Position numbers and translations under genes: made by a program. The notes beneath the pieces are model-generated. The model worked only from the letters and a program-made list of their open reading frames with translations, ran no database searches and was not told where the DNA came from. From a virus (lineage: Duplodnaviria > Caudoviricetes), in IMG/VR virus record IMGVR_UViG_3300027374_000001: a DNA stretch of 64,000 nucleotides, one strand, 5' to 3'. Shown one piece after another: positions 47,705-58,714 of this stretch. How positions within the stretch are numbered: the first letter of the stretch is position 1; every line of letters starts with the position of its first letter.

Positions 47705-50251
47705 TTAAACTACTTCGCGATAGCACATATCCTCTAACCCCGCTCTTTCTTTAAACACTAAATGAACGTTGGTGTCTACAATATGATCGTCTACCTTAAC
47801 GACATCGTTCCAATCATACAAATGACTATATTCATAGATTCCATCCCATTTCAGATTAGCCCATTCTTTTAGAATCATGCTAACAATAGACTCTACTATT
47901 TCATCCCAATACTCCATATAGTCCTTGAAGATCTTTTGAACCCAATAGGTGATATCTGTATACATTTTCTCTCTAGGAATTATACGTTCTGTTGGATGAA
48001 GATATACATTAAGGGCATTAATAAAGTCATCCATATAAACCATATCTGTCTTCAAGAAATTATATCTAAACTTTATTTCATCTATAATCTTAATCCAGTT
48101 TCCAAGCCTATCGTCTAATTTATAAATGACATTAGTATTTAATACATCTACTTTATATGACTTAAAGAAGTTAATTACTTTATACATATAAACCCTAATG
48201 AAATCTAAGGATATTGTAGGTATATTTTGAAAGATGTAATTGAATTCTTCTCTGTCTAAGTATATATATACATTTTCAACAATGTCATTTATATATCTAG
48301 TAATTTTCAGCCTTTTATCAGTTTCTTTTAAAGTTCCACGTACATCTTCTATTACACTATAAAGAGTAGATCCTTTAAGTTCAAGGTAATCAGAATATCT
48401 TTTAGGAACTTTTCCGTTTAATTTTCTAAAATAGTCATAATTGCATTTTGTCACCATAAGAGAATTATAAATCTTATAGTATATATCGTATATCTTCTTA
48501 TTATCAGCTTTTCTTATCTGATGAACTAAATGATCATGCACATTTTTATTCTTAAGATAAACGGTTATGAGCTGATCCCATGTAAATATTCCATTCTTAG
48601 GTATCTGAAATTCATCAAACCCCATATCTTTAGCAGTAAACCCTTGCTCTTCTACATAAGAAGACAGCACACTCATATCAGTTTCAAAATTAAATCCCAT
48701 CACAGCCAAATACTGTATCGGGTCGTACATAATATCATCTTCATATCCATTATACAAATACATTAATGAATATAAGCATATCAATACGTCTATAAATGGA
48801 AACTTAGCTGTGGATGATATTTCTGGAATTTCCATTACTACTTTAGAATTATCTATCTTTCCATTAAATAATACCATATTTATAAAATAGCATAATTGAA
48901 AAGATAACTCTGTTAATGAATAAACTGTATCTATAGAAATATACTTGGTAATTACAATATTAAACTCTCGTTTTAAAATCTGCTGCTTAACCCATTCTGC
49001 AGTGTGAACGCCATTCCAATATTGATCCTGATATACTATATCATCATAATCATGATAGTTCATTCTATCTCTTATCATATCATCTGCACATTTATCAAAA
49101 GGAACCTTAAGAAACTTTAATTCGTAGTTATTATCGTAGTCCGGAATGTCCTCTCCAGTCTTCGGATCTTCTATAGTATCTTTACGATAAGAACCGTCCT
49201 CATTCATTATGGGTATTCTGAGAAGGTAATACTTAAATAGCTTTACATCATCAAATCCAAACAGAGATGCAATATCGACTAAATTCTTATCACACGATTT
49301 AAATTTGATAAGTCTATTTAAATTCTTTACTAATCTCTTTTGATACTTCAATGGTATTTCTGGAAAGAACTCACACCCTTGAGATTCAAATACATATTGA
49401 ATCGTGCGAAGGTCAAACAATTCTCTTCTAATTATATATTCCGGTGCAAGCGTTATCATATCAGCAAAAGATTGAAAGATTATCATAACCGCTATGAAAT
49501 TATCATAATACTGAGATGCATATTTATATGCCTCAGAATACACAGTTTTCAAAAAATAAACTCTATTTCGTTCTAGAGTTTCTAAAAACTTATTATGCAC
49601 TTCAGAAGACTCAGATGATGTTAGATATAGAACACTAAAATTATTCATCCTTCTAGCAACATACGGGTCTATTTTCTTATCACCTAAAAACTCAAGGTAC
49701 TTATCATTAGGATGCTCTTCTTTTATAATATCTAAAACTCCAAATACTTTTAATAGATTTATCTCTTCAGCATTCATTTCATGAATATATTTCCCTCCAT
49801 CAAAATCAATAACCTCTATCATGTTAAATTGAGAGTCTGTTAATTTAATACCTTCATTCCCGATATTTGGCATACCATTAAGCATTCTATAATAATTATT
49901 CAATTCTTCATACTCATGTAAGAATTTTTTCTTTACTAAGTCATGGAGTAGTTCATGGGCAGATTCTGGAATCAGCTTGTTATTTTTGGCCATTTGAACT
50001 TTTTGTCTTGTAGTTAAATACGGAACCTGGTTCAATAGATCTAATCCATATTCGTACCATTCAAACTTACTTTTCCCTTCAATGATATCCGCATATCTAT
50101 CGGCTTGTTTTATCGTTTCTACGGTTTCATATTTAAGAGCCTCAGACTCCATTTTTAGAATAACCCCTTCTTTAATCATAGTTTGGCATTCATAAACTAC
50201 TTGATCTATTAGAGGATTATCAGTAACTTGTTTTCTCACATCGTTACTCAT
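47705..50251 (-). CDS. large probable virion (baseplate) protein
   Basis: 848 aa; YEELNNYYRMLNG and LVKNLNRLIKFKS...DIASLFG wedge-like segment. Confidence 0.6.
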   Translation of the reverse strand: MSNDVRKQVTDNPLIDQVVYECQTMIKEGVILKMESEALKYETVETIKQADRYADIIEGKSKFEWYEYGLDLLNQVPYLTTRQKVQMAKNNKLIPESAHELLHDLVKKKFLHEYEELNNYYRMLNGMPNIGNEGIKLTDSQFNMIEVIDFDGGKYIHEMNAEEINLLKVFGVLDIIKEEHPNDKYLEFLGDKKIDPYVARRMNNFSVLYLTSSESSEVHNKFLETLERNRVYFLKTVYSEAYKYASQYYDNFIAVMIIFQSFADMITLAPEYIIRRELFDLRTIQYVFESQGCEFFPEIPLKYQKRLVKNLNRLIKFKSCDKNLVDIASLFGFDDVKLFKYYLLRIPIMNEDGSYRKDTIEDPKTGEDIPDYDNNYELKFLKVPFDKCADDMIRDRMNYHDYDDIVYQDQYWNGVHTAEWVKQQILKREFNIVITKYISIDTVYSLTELSFQLCYFINMVLFNGKIDNSKVVMEIPEISSTAKFPFIDVLICLYSLMYLYNGYEDDIMYDPIQYLAVMGFNFETDMSVLSSYVEEQGFTAKDMGFDEFQIPKNGIFTWDQLITVYLKNKNVHDHLVHQIRKADNKKIYDIYYKIYNSLMVTKCNYDYFRKLNGKVPKRYSDYLELKGSTLYSVIEDVRGTLKETDKRLKITRYINDIVENVYIYLDREEFNYIFQNIPTISLDFIRVYMYKVINFFKSYKVDVLNTNVIYKLDDRLGNWIKIIDEIKFRYNFLKTDMVYMDDFINALNVYLHPTERIIPREKMYTDITYWVQKIFKDYMEYWDEIVESIVSMILKEWANLKWDGIYEYSHLYDWNDVVKVDDHIVDTNVHLVFKERAGLEDMCYREVV

Positions 50252-50351
50252 ACGACTCGACCTCCTGTAACAATTTAATTAAATGTAATACTCATTAATA
50301 ACGCAATACGAGAACTTTAAATTAAAGTCTTTTTATGAAAGGAGAATTGCA

Positions 50352-51098
50352 ATGGTTGTGAACGGAACAATGCCCGGAATAGACATAGAATATAATATGG
50401 ACTCAAATCCATGCATCTATTCGCCAAATGCTCAATATGGAATATATTTTAGACAATTTCCAGATACGCTAATAGATGTAGAACTATATAAGGCATTCAT
50501 AGATAATGTCATAAGTAGATTTAGACATTCTAAAACATATAAAAATTACAAATCTTATTTAATGGAATTAGGTATGACGAGGTGTCAAATTTTAGGAAAT
50601 ATAGATAGTGCACAAGAAATGGCAGAAGTCGAAATGCATCATAACTTTCTAACTATATTTGATATTGCTATCCTTATAACTGAGCATCTCGTTAATACTG
50701 TAGGAACAGTAAACACCTTTCAGGTTGTCCATCTATTAAAAGAAGAGCACAAGGCGAATAGAATACCAATAGTAATGCTATCTAAAACAATACATCAGTT
50801 ATATCATTCAAATGACGATTTTGTTATACCTGCTCAGTATTGTTTTGGTTATTGGCAAGATCTACTTATAAGATATCAAAAAGGAATTACAAAGGATATA
50901 GCGTATAAGTGTCTGAATTTTATACAAAAAAGTTTAGAATATCAACAAATATCAGATAATATAATTCCATTTGGTATATTGCAATTAAGAGAAAAAATAA
51001 TGGATTGGAGTGGATTAAATGACGGATTTAAGCATACTTATCCTATCAGTGGGATTAGTACTAATATGTATAATATTAGCAATACTATGGTTAGTTAA
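50352..51098 (+). CDS. hypothetical protein with HNH-like His cluster; paralog of 60905..61720
   Basis: EMHHNFLTIFDI...MLSKTIHQLYH. Confidence 0.7.
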   Translation: MVVNGTMPGIDIEYNMDSNPCIYSPNAQYGIYFRQFPDTLIDVELYKAFIDNVISRFRHSKTYKNYKSYLMELGMTRCQILGNIDSAQEMAEVEMHHNFLTIFDIAILITEHLVNTVGTVNTFQVVHLLKEEHKANRIPIVMLSKTIHQLYHSNDDFVIPAQYCFGYWQDLLIRYQKGITKDIAYKCLNFIQKSLEYQQISDNIIPFGILQLREKIMDWSGLNDGFKHTYPISGISTNMYNISNTMVS

Positions 51099-51483
51099 TA
51101 AATATATAAAATACAAGTATTCTGAATTAAAACTTAAAGAACGAAAATTGCTATATAAGCATATTACTTCGGAAAAAGATTTTGGGGTTTTAAATGATCT
51201 CATAATAGAGGCGATACAAGAATATCAAATATTTAAACTTGAAACTGATAAGTACGCATATGTGACTCCAAAGGTTCAAAAAGATATGTTTAGTTATGTA
51301 GTGAGAAAAGTTTTATATAGAATATCTCCTACGTATAAAGAACAGTTAGAATTTATGTATAATAAAGAGAACTTTGACGAGATCATAACAAATAAAATTA
51401 ATATAGCAATTATAGACTTTAGTATAGAATTTAATTCAAATATTAATACTGAAGAGCAAAAAAATAAAAGGGATAACCTCTAA
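51019..51483 (+). CDS. hypothetical membrane protein
   Basis: N-terminal TM segment ILILSVGLVLICIILAILWLV. Confidence 0.7.
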   Translation: MTDLSILILSVGLVLICIILAILWLVNKYIKYKYSELKLKERKLLYKHITSEKDFGVLNDLIIEAIQEYQIFKLETDKYAYVTPKVQKDMFSYVVRKVLYRISPTYKEQLEFMYNKENFDEIITNKINIAIIDFSIEFNSNINTEEQKNKRDNL

Positions 51484-51485
51484 GG

Positions 51486-52265
51486 TTATCCCTCTATCTT
51501 TTTTCTTAAACATTCAACTGCATATCCATACATCTGACGCAATAATGCAAAATTATAATTAAAATCTACATTATAATCATTTGGTGTTGTCAGTATGGCA
51601 TACCCCATTGTTTTTGTAGGCATAGAATACCCAGAGTTAGACCTAAAACATCTATAACAATCGATACTAAGTTCCTTTCTGATATAGGCATCCATAATAG
51701 AATTTATAAAATCCAATGCTTCTTCTGGACCAAAGGTATTCATCGTCCTTATAAATTCTATTATTATTGAAAGGAATGGCATGTGATAGATTTCTAGATC
51801 TTCATCTTTTATTCCTTTTACGTCTATAACTTCTCGATCAAGATTTGAACCATAATACACTTGAATTTTGTCTAACTGCATAAAGGTATCATAAGTATTC
51901 TTCAGAACAAAATTTATATTTCCAAAAGAAGTTGCTTTTGCTATTTTATCCATTATAAATACTGCATCATTTTTAATAGATAAAATGTCGCTATCCAATA
52001 TGCCATTTGCTTCAAAAAACTTATTCTTGCTATCTGCGATTCCATTTTTTAATGCCTCACCAATAGAAGAGTTACTCCTTATAAGTTTACCTATATACAC
52101 TTGTCTATACATACGGTCTGCGTTGAATAACTCCTCGTATTTTTCCTTAGACAAAATTCCGAGCTCAAACAATATACTTATATTAGCCTTTCGGATATCG
52201 TATTCTCTTATATATCTTCCAAAAGAATATTTAATATCGGCTAAATAATTAACCTTCTGGATCAA
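51486..52265 (-). CDS. small family-B DNA polymerase-like palm protein
   Basis: IREYDIRKANISIL (motif A-like) and ILSIKNDAVF (motif C-like), DVKGI. Confidence 0.55.
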   Translation of the reverse strand: MIQKVNYLADIKYSFGRYIREYDIRKANISILFELGILSKEKYEELFNADRMYRQVYIGKLIRSNSSIGEALKNGIADSKNKFFEANGILDSDILSIKNDAVFIMDKIAKATSFGNINFVLKNTYDTFMQLDKIQVYYGSNLDREVIDVKGIKDEDLEIYHMPFLSIIIEFIRTMNTFGPEEALDFINSIMDAYIRKELSIDCYRCFRSNSGYSMPTKTMGYAILTTPNDYNVDFNYNFALLRQMYGYAVECLRKKIEG

Positions 52266-52731
52266 TGTGAATTAATCCCCTTTCCTGCATAATCTTTATA
52301 TATCTTTCCTTGTCTTGATCGAATATCTGTATCCCTGCTGCTGAAAACCCTGACTCGTCATATCTGTTTAAATCACACATATAATTTATAATCTGATAAT
52401 TATATCCATACCTTTGCTGTATTAGCTTACATAAAGATTCGGTTACAATATCATAAGTATCTTCCCCGCGAGATACTAGAAGATACACATCATTACCTTC
52501 GTATAAAGGATACATTATCTTCATTATCTCCATAAATGGATCATCATTAGAAAAAATATATTCAGCATATGCGATATCAAAATTTTTCTCATCATTTAAT
52601 TCGGGCTGCACAGAAGGTGCAAGATGCACCTTCTCAAACCCTTCAATCAACGATGATAAGTTTAATATAACGCCGTGTTGTTCCTGAATCTCGGTGACCG
52701 GTATTGCTTCGTAACTACCTATAATTAACAT
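52249..52731 (-). CDS. hypothetical protein, paralog of the upstream gene
   Basis: FDIAYAEYI...LYEGNDVYLL...LCKLIQQRYG similar to the upstream ORF. Confidence 0.7.
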   Translation of the reverse strand: MLIIGSYEAIPVTEIQEQHGVILNLSSLIEGFEKVHLAPSVQPELNDEKNFDIAYAEYIFSNDDPFMEIMKIMYPLYEGNDVYLLVSRGEDTYDIVTESLCKLIQQRYGYNYQIINYMCDLNRYDESGFSAAGIQIFDQDKERYIKIMQERGLIHIDPEG

Positions 52732-52735
52732 GTCT

Positions 52736-53374
52736 TTACACTCCTTCGTAAATCATTCCCCTTGTCATCGTTAACTGGTCTTTCAATGCGCTAAAGAATT
52801 TAACCAACTCTGGCGTATTGTTCATAATATCCTGCGGAATACCCGGAACTTCAGATTTAAGTTTCTCGATAGTAGTATCATCTAAGTTGCAAATATATCT
52901 AAGAAACTCAGTATAATCCACCAAGTTATTCAAATATAACAACGTGATATTTCTATCATTAAACTTAGGATTGTACATGAATGCCGTACTTTTGGTTGCG
53001 GTTTGAATTCCATAATTGTACTCTAAGAATTTAAACAAATAACCAATGTAGTCCAACCCATCCTCTGCTTCCGGCATATATATCACTATTCCATAACCAT
53101 TATGCAGACATGCAATAATAGCCGAAAACATTTCTGTAGCCGCTTTAGATGCCAACGACGCAAAATAGGCTTGTACAAATCCTCTTTCATTCCCATCGAC
53201 ATGCATTGCTAATGCATTATAATCTGGTACAAATGATGACGCCACTACAAACTTATCTAAAATTTCTTTAGGGACTGCAGACGAGTCCCCGACGAAGATA
53301 ACCTTAAACCCCTGTAGTAATGCATCATTTACAACATTGGGATCTTTAGTGCCCATAATCATGTTTTTAATCAT
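52736..53374 (-). CDS. hypothetical protein
   Basis: 212 aa; FVQAYFASL...LHNGYGIVIY...LFKFLEYNYG; ends in RGMIYEGV. Confidence 0.75.
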   Translation of the reverse strand: MIKNMIMGTKDPNVVNDALLQGFKVIFVGDSSAVPKEILDKFVVASSFVPDYNALAMHVDGNERGFVQAYFASLASKAATEMFSAIIACLHNGYGIVIYMPEAEDGLDYIGYLFKFLEYNYGIQTATKSTAFMYNPKFNDRNITLLYLNNLVDYTEFLRYICNLDDTTIEKLKSEVPGIPQDIMNNTPELVKFFSALKDQLTMTRGMIYEGV

Positions 53375-53385
53375 TTCTGTTCCTC

Positions 53386-55332
53386 CTAATAATTTTCTAC
53401 TATTTGCATCTTTTCTTCTTCTGTTATCTGGCTTTCATCTCTTCCATGAATAATCAATTTAGAAGTGATGCTTCCGCCCCCTTCCACTGGAGCAGAATAA
53501 TATGCCTCTCTAATCTTTTTACCCACTACGGTTTCCACATTAAAGCTGCTACTCATCCGGCTAACGTCTCTCTCTCCTTTAGCGCTTTCTTCAATGCTAC
53601 TCTGAGGGATATTTTTTCCAGTGGGTTTTTCTGAAACATCAACTTCAATAGCTGTAGATTCTATCGGATCTATAGAATCATCATACACAGTCCTTTCATG
53701 AAGATTTAAATCTCTTTCTTCTTCAGCAGGAAGAATCTCTTCAGCTTCTACTCTTTCTATTTCTTCTTCCTCCTGATCATGAAGTTCACTATCAGAATCA
53801 TCCATAGGCAATTCTTTTCTGGAAGAGTGGCTCAAACTTTCAGTCTCAGTCGTTTCTACAGCATTTTCATCCTTAGATACGCTGCCTTTATCTTCGCTGT
53901 TGTCATTTTTTTCATTTTTAACTTCATGGTTATTCTTTTTAGAATTAGAATCTGGTTTCGCTGTAGAGGTAGCCTTTCTAAATCTTTCCAACTGCGAAGG
54001 AATCAACGTAGCAATTACCGTACCATTTGTGCACTCAATGATTAATCCATTACTTAAATCTACTGCGGCCTCTAACTGAGCAGAATCGTCTACCTCTTCT
54101 GGATCTTCTAACTTCTCATTTTCTTCAAATGATGGAGTTAACGAAACACTGGTCTCAACAGTTTCTTCCTTAGGAGTTTCCTGCTCATCTTTTTGAACTT
54201 TTTCATGCAGCAAAGCTTCCAGTTCAGTTCCTCTAATCTGCTCCTTAATACTCTCTGGAATTGGGAGTTTAGCCTGTGTATACTGTGCAATGACATCGCC
54301 AAGGTTTGCTCTCACTGGAGGTTGCTCTGAATCCTTTTCTACCTTAACAAAATTTTGATGAAATCCCGCAAGATTTCTATCGCCAGTTTTAATAACAGGA
54401 AGATTTGTATTATCTTTATCAAGACAGTTCTCCGTAACTAGAGTGATGTTGTTGAGCCTTCCGCTCTTAATACCATTCTTGATAGTATCTACTGCTCTAC
54501 GAGTGTTTCCTAACCTGCTTACTACTTCATTACCTCTCATTAAAGAAATTTTCATTTTATCGTCCTTCCCTTCTACGATTATTTTTGCATCTTCATTTTT
54601 AACCGTTTTTAAGTCCGTAGCGATGTATCGCTTTCCACATTTCTTACATACTAAATCATTATATCCAATGTCATAATCTATTTCACCTAAACATGCAAGA
54701 TTTGTTATAGGGTCAACAGTATTGCATCTTAATTTAGCTCCATCTAGCTCATACACGTACGGATAATCTAATAGCACTGGGCCAAAGCAGTTTCGTATAC
54801 CATAATTCTGATAGTATTTCTCTCCTATATCATCTATGACATATTTGCCTATAAGATTATTAATAAGATTAAATACGTCATCAGCTATAGATAAAAATTC
54901 CTCTCTATACGTAATCGGAACTACCCTCTCAAACATTCCTACAGTACCGCATGGAGTAACATCAAAACACTTTGTTACAAAAGGTTTTAATAAATGCTGA
55001 TTAACCATTTCCATAGGATTGTCTCTGCATCCGACTTTATCTATAGCTATTTTTAATACAAAACTATAGTCATCCGCAAATCTATATACTACACGATTTG
55101 TCCCAGATGCCATTTTTACAAAACCTCTATTCATCATTATATTATTAATAAGACGATATTTCTCATTAGGTTTTGTAGATAATTTAATTGAAGTCGCTAT
55201 ATTGTTAAGATGTGCTATATCTTGCAAAGACAAATAACACAAAATTGGTGGATGAAATAAATTGTCAAAATTAAACTCACTAGCAGTTTTAGCTTTTGGG
55301 TAAAGTAACTGCAATGCATCTGACCTATTCAT
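53386..55332 (-). CDS. protein kinase-like protein with zinc ribbon and long acidic tail
   Basis: ASGTNRVVY (Gly loop), VLKIA...DNPME, DDIG...NYG, PVLLDYPY; C...C...CKKC; E/D/S-rich C-terminal half. Confidence 0.7.
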   Translation of the reverse strand: MNRSDALQLLYPKAKTASEFNFDNLFHPPILCYLSLQDIAHLNNIATSIKLSTKPNEKYRLINNIMMNRGFVKMASGTNRVVYRFADDYSFVLKIAIDKVGCRDNPMEMVNQHLLKPFVTKCFDVTPCGTVGMFERVVPITYREEFLSIADDVFNLINNLIGKYVIDDIGEKYYQNYGIRNCFGPVLLDYPYVYELDGAKLRCNTVDPITNLACLGEIDYDIGYNDLVCKKCGKRYIATDLKTVKNEDAKIIVEGKDDKMKISLMRGNEVVSRLGNTRRAVDTIKNGIKSGRLNNITLVTENCLDKDNTNLPVIKTGDRNLAGFHQNFVKVEKDSEQPPVRANLGDVIAQYTQAKLPIPESIKEQIRGTELEALLHEKVQKDEQETPKEETVETSVSLTPSFEENEKLEDPEEVDDSAQLEAAVDLSNGLIIECTNGTVIATLIPSQLERFRKATSTAKPDSNSKKNNHEVKNEKNDNSEDKGSVSKDENAVETTETESLSHSSRKELPMDDSDSELHDQEEEEIERVEAEEILPAEEERDLNLHERTVYDDSIDPIESTAIEVDVSEKPTGKNIPQSSIEESAKGERDVSRMSSSFNVETVVGKKIREAYYSAPVEGGGSITSKLIIHGRDESQITEEEKMQIVENY

Positions 55333-56117
55333 TATCCAGAATTTCGCGGGTCAGCCATTAAATGAGCTAAAAATGCCGCTTTCCTTTCTTGATAAGAATT
55401 CCTCAAATGAGGTGGCAGTTGTACAGTCATATCATCCACTGATACATTTTCTCTTAGACTTGCAAAAGAACTTCTATGCAGATTAGTTAGCTGGTTAAAG
55501 CTTTCGCTATCATATCGGTTTCTTATATTCTTCCGCATTTCTCTAACGACTTCATTTTGCATAATTTCCATAACTTCTTCTCCGGCAGTATCCATAAAAT
55601 GCTGGAATGACTCATCTACCGGATGCTTTGCAGTGTTCTTATTAAACACTTCTTCCATCTTGCTTTGCACATAAATATTACGAGTAGGGACATAATTCAT
55701 AGATATTGTTGCTAATCTCCCCATCTCACTATAATCATTAAACTCTTGTATTATGTGCGCATAAGTATTTGGATTGTAATATTTTTCCAAATATTCATCT
55801 GTAACTTGGTCTAAACCATTATATTTGCAATAAACCTTGTTCATCTGAACATTGGTTTTTATATAATTATCTATCGCCTCCTTCTCGGCTTTTTGACGCT
55901 CTTCCTCCATTCTTCTTATTTCTGATGGGTCATAATATTGATAATTTCCGGAATAATATCCGCCAAATCCAAGATTAGAATTATATCCTAAACCTCCTAT
56001 ATTACCTATATTTTGTGGAGGAATATAATAAGGATTAACTGGAGGGTTCATAAAGTTTTGCACTGTTGGAGACGAATAATTCAAACCGCCTCCATTGTTT
56101 CCTACATAACCCAGCAT
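55332..56117 (-). CDS. hypothetical protein with G/Y/N-rich N-terminus
   Basis: 261 aa; class I promoter at 56129-56145. Confidence 0.75.
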   Translation of the reverse strand: MLGYVGNNGGGLNYSSPTVQNFMNPPVNPYYIPPQNIGNIGGLGYNSNLGFGGYYSGNYQYYDPSEIRRMEEERQKAEKEAIDNYIKTNVQMNKVYCKYNGLDQVTDEYLEKYYNPNTYAHIIQEFNDYSEMGRLATISMNYVPTRNIYVQSKMEEVFNKNTAKHPVDESFQHFMDTAGEEVMEIMQNEVVREMRKNIRNRYDSESFNQLTNLHRSSFASLRENVSVDDMTVQLPPHLRNSYQERKAAFLAHLMADPRNSG

Positions 56118-56175
56118 AATATTCTCCTTTCATTAGTATAATATATCACTAGGTTATTTTTTCAAAGACAAAAAA

Positions 56176-56209
56176 TATAGCAATAAGCCGTGTTAGGCTT
56201 ATTGCTATA
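56176..56209 (-). terminator. intrinsic terminator
   Basis: TATAGCAATAAGCC/GGCTTATTGCTATA stem plus T tract. Confidence 0.72.
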
Positions 56210-56241
56210 GATATTCAATTTCAATTTCTAGACCGCACGAA

Positions 56242-56634
56242 CTATTTCAGTTCGTCAAGCATTCTCTGCAGCTCTTCGTCAGAAGCCTGTTCCAATGACT
56301 TATTGTTACGCTCAGCCATAATGGCCATGATCTTCTGCCGTTTTGCTCGATTTTCTGCTTCTTTTTCCTTATTTTCCTTTTCTTTTAATTTTACGGCAAC
56401 AATATGCTTTATAATAGCAATCTGAATATCAAGAGACTCGTCTTCTTTAGATTTATCTCCTAACAGGCTTTCTTCCGATGTTTTAGCCCTCTTTTTTGCA
56501 TTGATCTCTTTAAACATCTCGTCCAAATCAGTTACAGGAAGATCCCACAAATCTTCAACTGATATAAGCCCCCTAAACAGAAATCTCATTTTGTTTCTTG
56601 TTGCGTACTCAAATACATTAATTTCTGATGTCAT
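56242..56634 (-). CDS. phage coiled-coil protein
   Basis: FEYATRNKMRF...GLISVEDLWDLP; partner of the upstream large gene. Confidence 0.75.
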   Translation of the reverse strand: MTSEINVFEYATRNKMRFLFRGLISVEDLWDLPVTDLDEMFKEINAKKRAKTSEESLLGDKSKEDESLDIQIAIIKHIVAVKLKEKENKEKEAENRAKRQKIMAIMAERNNKSLEQASDEELQRMLDELK

Positions 56635-56653
56635 TTTAATATTCCTCCTTAAT

Positions 56654-58714
56654 TTAAAATTTTACTTTCATTATCTTTTCATCTTTGCCTTTAACCTTAA
56701 CGATAAGTTCTGCACGCTCCGTCATACTAAATCCAATCCCAGAGAGTTGATTTTCTGTATTCGCTACTTTGCACTTAGAGCCCAATGCTTCAAATACTCT
56801 TTTGTAACCATTAACCAACTCTGATTTTAAGAATTCATTATAAAATCCATTAGGATTTCCTTCGTTGACACATCCATTCAAGAAGAAGAACAAATGCTGA
56901 TGTCCTATACCATTCTGATCATCAAAATAATTTGGACTATAGCTGATACAGTTTACCGGAACAAATTTATTAGTGCGGATACCCCATACTTCTTTCGACA
57001 GCGGCCTAGATTTAAGATGCTCTGTTATCATGAACTCTCCACTTTTATCCAACACAACTTCTGCTACTAAAATATTCTGTCTAGTAGGGATTGGATAATT
57101 ATATTCAAATTCATAAATATTATTATCAAACTCAATCTCTGCTCTAAATCCTTCAGAATTTCTAGCCGCAAATTGATTAACAAAAAATACATACTTACCC
57201 GGCGTCATATGCGATTTATTTCTATATATAATATTCTCTACAGATGGTTCTCCGGGGCGCTGAATAAATGGGTCGGTTATGTCAATGTCAAGAGTCCCTC
57301 CATTAGGAGATAATCTTCTATTCTTACCACAAAAAGAACCAAAGTAAATTTCTGCTCCTCCTGGCTCTAAAGCATGAGCATCAAGGTCGCTATTATCTTT
57401 TGTGCTATCATTCCACTGGATAGAGAATCTAAGTGCTCCATTTACTTCTCCTCCTGCGTCTTTCACGTTTTGCCTTATACTGGATGTAACGTTACCGTTA
57501 TATGCCCAACTTAAAGGATTATTCCATTTAAATAAAGATTTTGCATCTCTATTTACTGGGGCAATCATAGAAACCAAATTCCTGACATGCCTATTTTCCA
57601 TAAAAACTTCGATTTCCTTTGAAGATGGAATGACTTTTTCTATAAAATCTTGTACCGCGATCTCCTCTACACGAGAAAACTGTTTAGGATCAATAGAAAC
57701 TTCAGATTCTAATTCTCCAAATACATCGTTTGCAACTGTAGTAATATTAGTTGCATTTCTATTCGCAAACAATACGTTGTTTATGGTGATATCATCAATG
57801 TTGGCATACCGTCGTGGTAAGGAATCTATATATCCGAGCTCGGTAACTGTGTTCCTGGCATCTTCAAGCATTTTCTTACTGAATATAGCCTTCGGCCGTT
57901 TATAATTAGCGGGAGCCATAATAGATTCATACTTTCTTACTGCCGTATCTAAATCCACCCCTTCGCTTATATCAGTAAGTAGAGTTCCGATACTATGGTT
58001 GCGTATTCTTGATAAAACGTCCCCTGATCTCACAGAATGATACCATGTAAATATGTCTTTCTCATTTTCCAACTGAGAAAGGGATGCAAATTTCTCCTTA
58101 AGCCGTTTAAATGTCATAAGAATATACCTATTCTCTGCACCTCTATAAAGTGTATTAGAATCTATAAGCTCTAACACGGTATCCACTGAGTCTGATGTGA
58201 TCTCCTCAAGAGATCTCTTAAATACATTTTTGCTATCTCTATATTTTGCTTTTACAGTTTCTACAGTAACCTTAGATTGCAGAATGAATTTGTCTGGAAG
58301 GTCGACATAAAAATGGTTATACTTGATGGGTTCATCTCCTACCATTCCGAAATTCTCCTTGACTCCTATTCGTTTAAGCTTGCTAAAGAATACATCAACG
58401 ATTTTATATCTTTTAACAAAATCAGATAATGCATCTACAACGGGCTGCCAACTTCCTGCATCAAAATCCCATAATGTAATGATTTTGTAATCTTTGATAG
58501 CAACGACATTTCCAAATTGTTTAATAAAATGCCTACAATGTGAACAGTCATGAACACGATTTGTTCTATAAATTTCATTATCCCCATCCGGAAAACTGTT
58601 AAGATATAAATCATACAATTCGTCACAGGGGGCATCAACCACAAATAAATGACCACAATTTGTCATATCATTAAAATGCTCGATTAAACGGTTTCTAAAA
58701 TCTTCAAATCTCAT
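56654..58714 (-). CDS. large phage protein with YfaP/DUF2135-like domain
   Basis: HDCSHCRHF; LRFSIQWN...DLDAH...LDIDI...VENIIY. Confidence 0.7.
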   Translation of the reverse strand: MRFEDFRNRLIEHFNDMTNCGHLFVVDAPCDELYDLYLNSFPDGDNEIYRTNRVHDCSHCRHFIKQFGNVVAIKDYKIITLWDFDAGSWQPVVDALSDFVKRYKIVDVFFSKLKRIGVKENFGMVGDEPIKYNHFYVDLPDKFILQSKVTVETVKAKYRDSKNVFKRSLEEITSDSVDTVLELIDSNTLYRGAENRYILMTFKRLKEKFASLSQLENEKDIFTWYHSVRSGDVLSRIRNHSIGTLLTDISEGVDLDTAVRKYESIMAPANYKRPKAIFSKKMLEDARNTVTELGYIDSLPRRYANIDDITINNVLFANRNATNITTVANDVFGELESEVSIDPKQFSRVEEIAVQDFIEKVIPSSKEIEVFMENRHVRNLVSMIAPVNRDAKSLFKWNNPLSWAYNGNVTSSIRQNVKDAGGEVNGALRFSIQWNDSTKDNSDLDAHALEPGGAEIYFGSFCGKNRRLSPNGGTLDIDITDPFIQRPGEPSVENIIYRNKSHMTPGKYVFFVNQFAARNSEGFRAEIEFDNNIYEFEYNYPIPTRQNILVAEVVLDKSGEFMITEHLKSRPLSKEVWGIRTNKFVPVNCISYSPNYFDDQNGIGHQHLFFFLNGCVNEGNPNGFYNEFLKSELVNGYKRVFEALGSKCKVANTENQLSGIGFSMTERAELIVKVKGKDEKIMKVKF

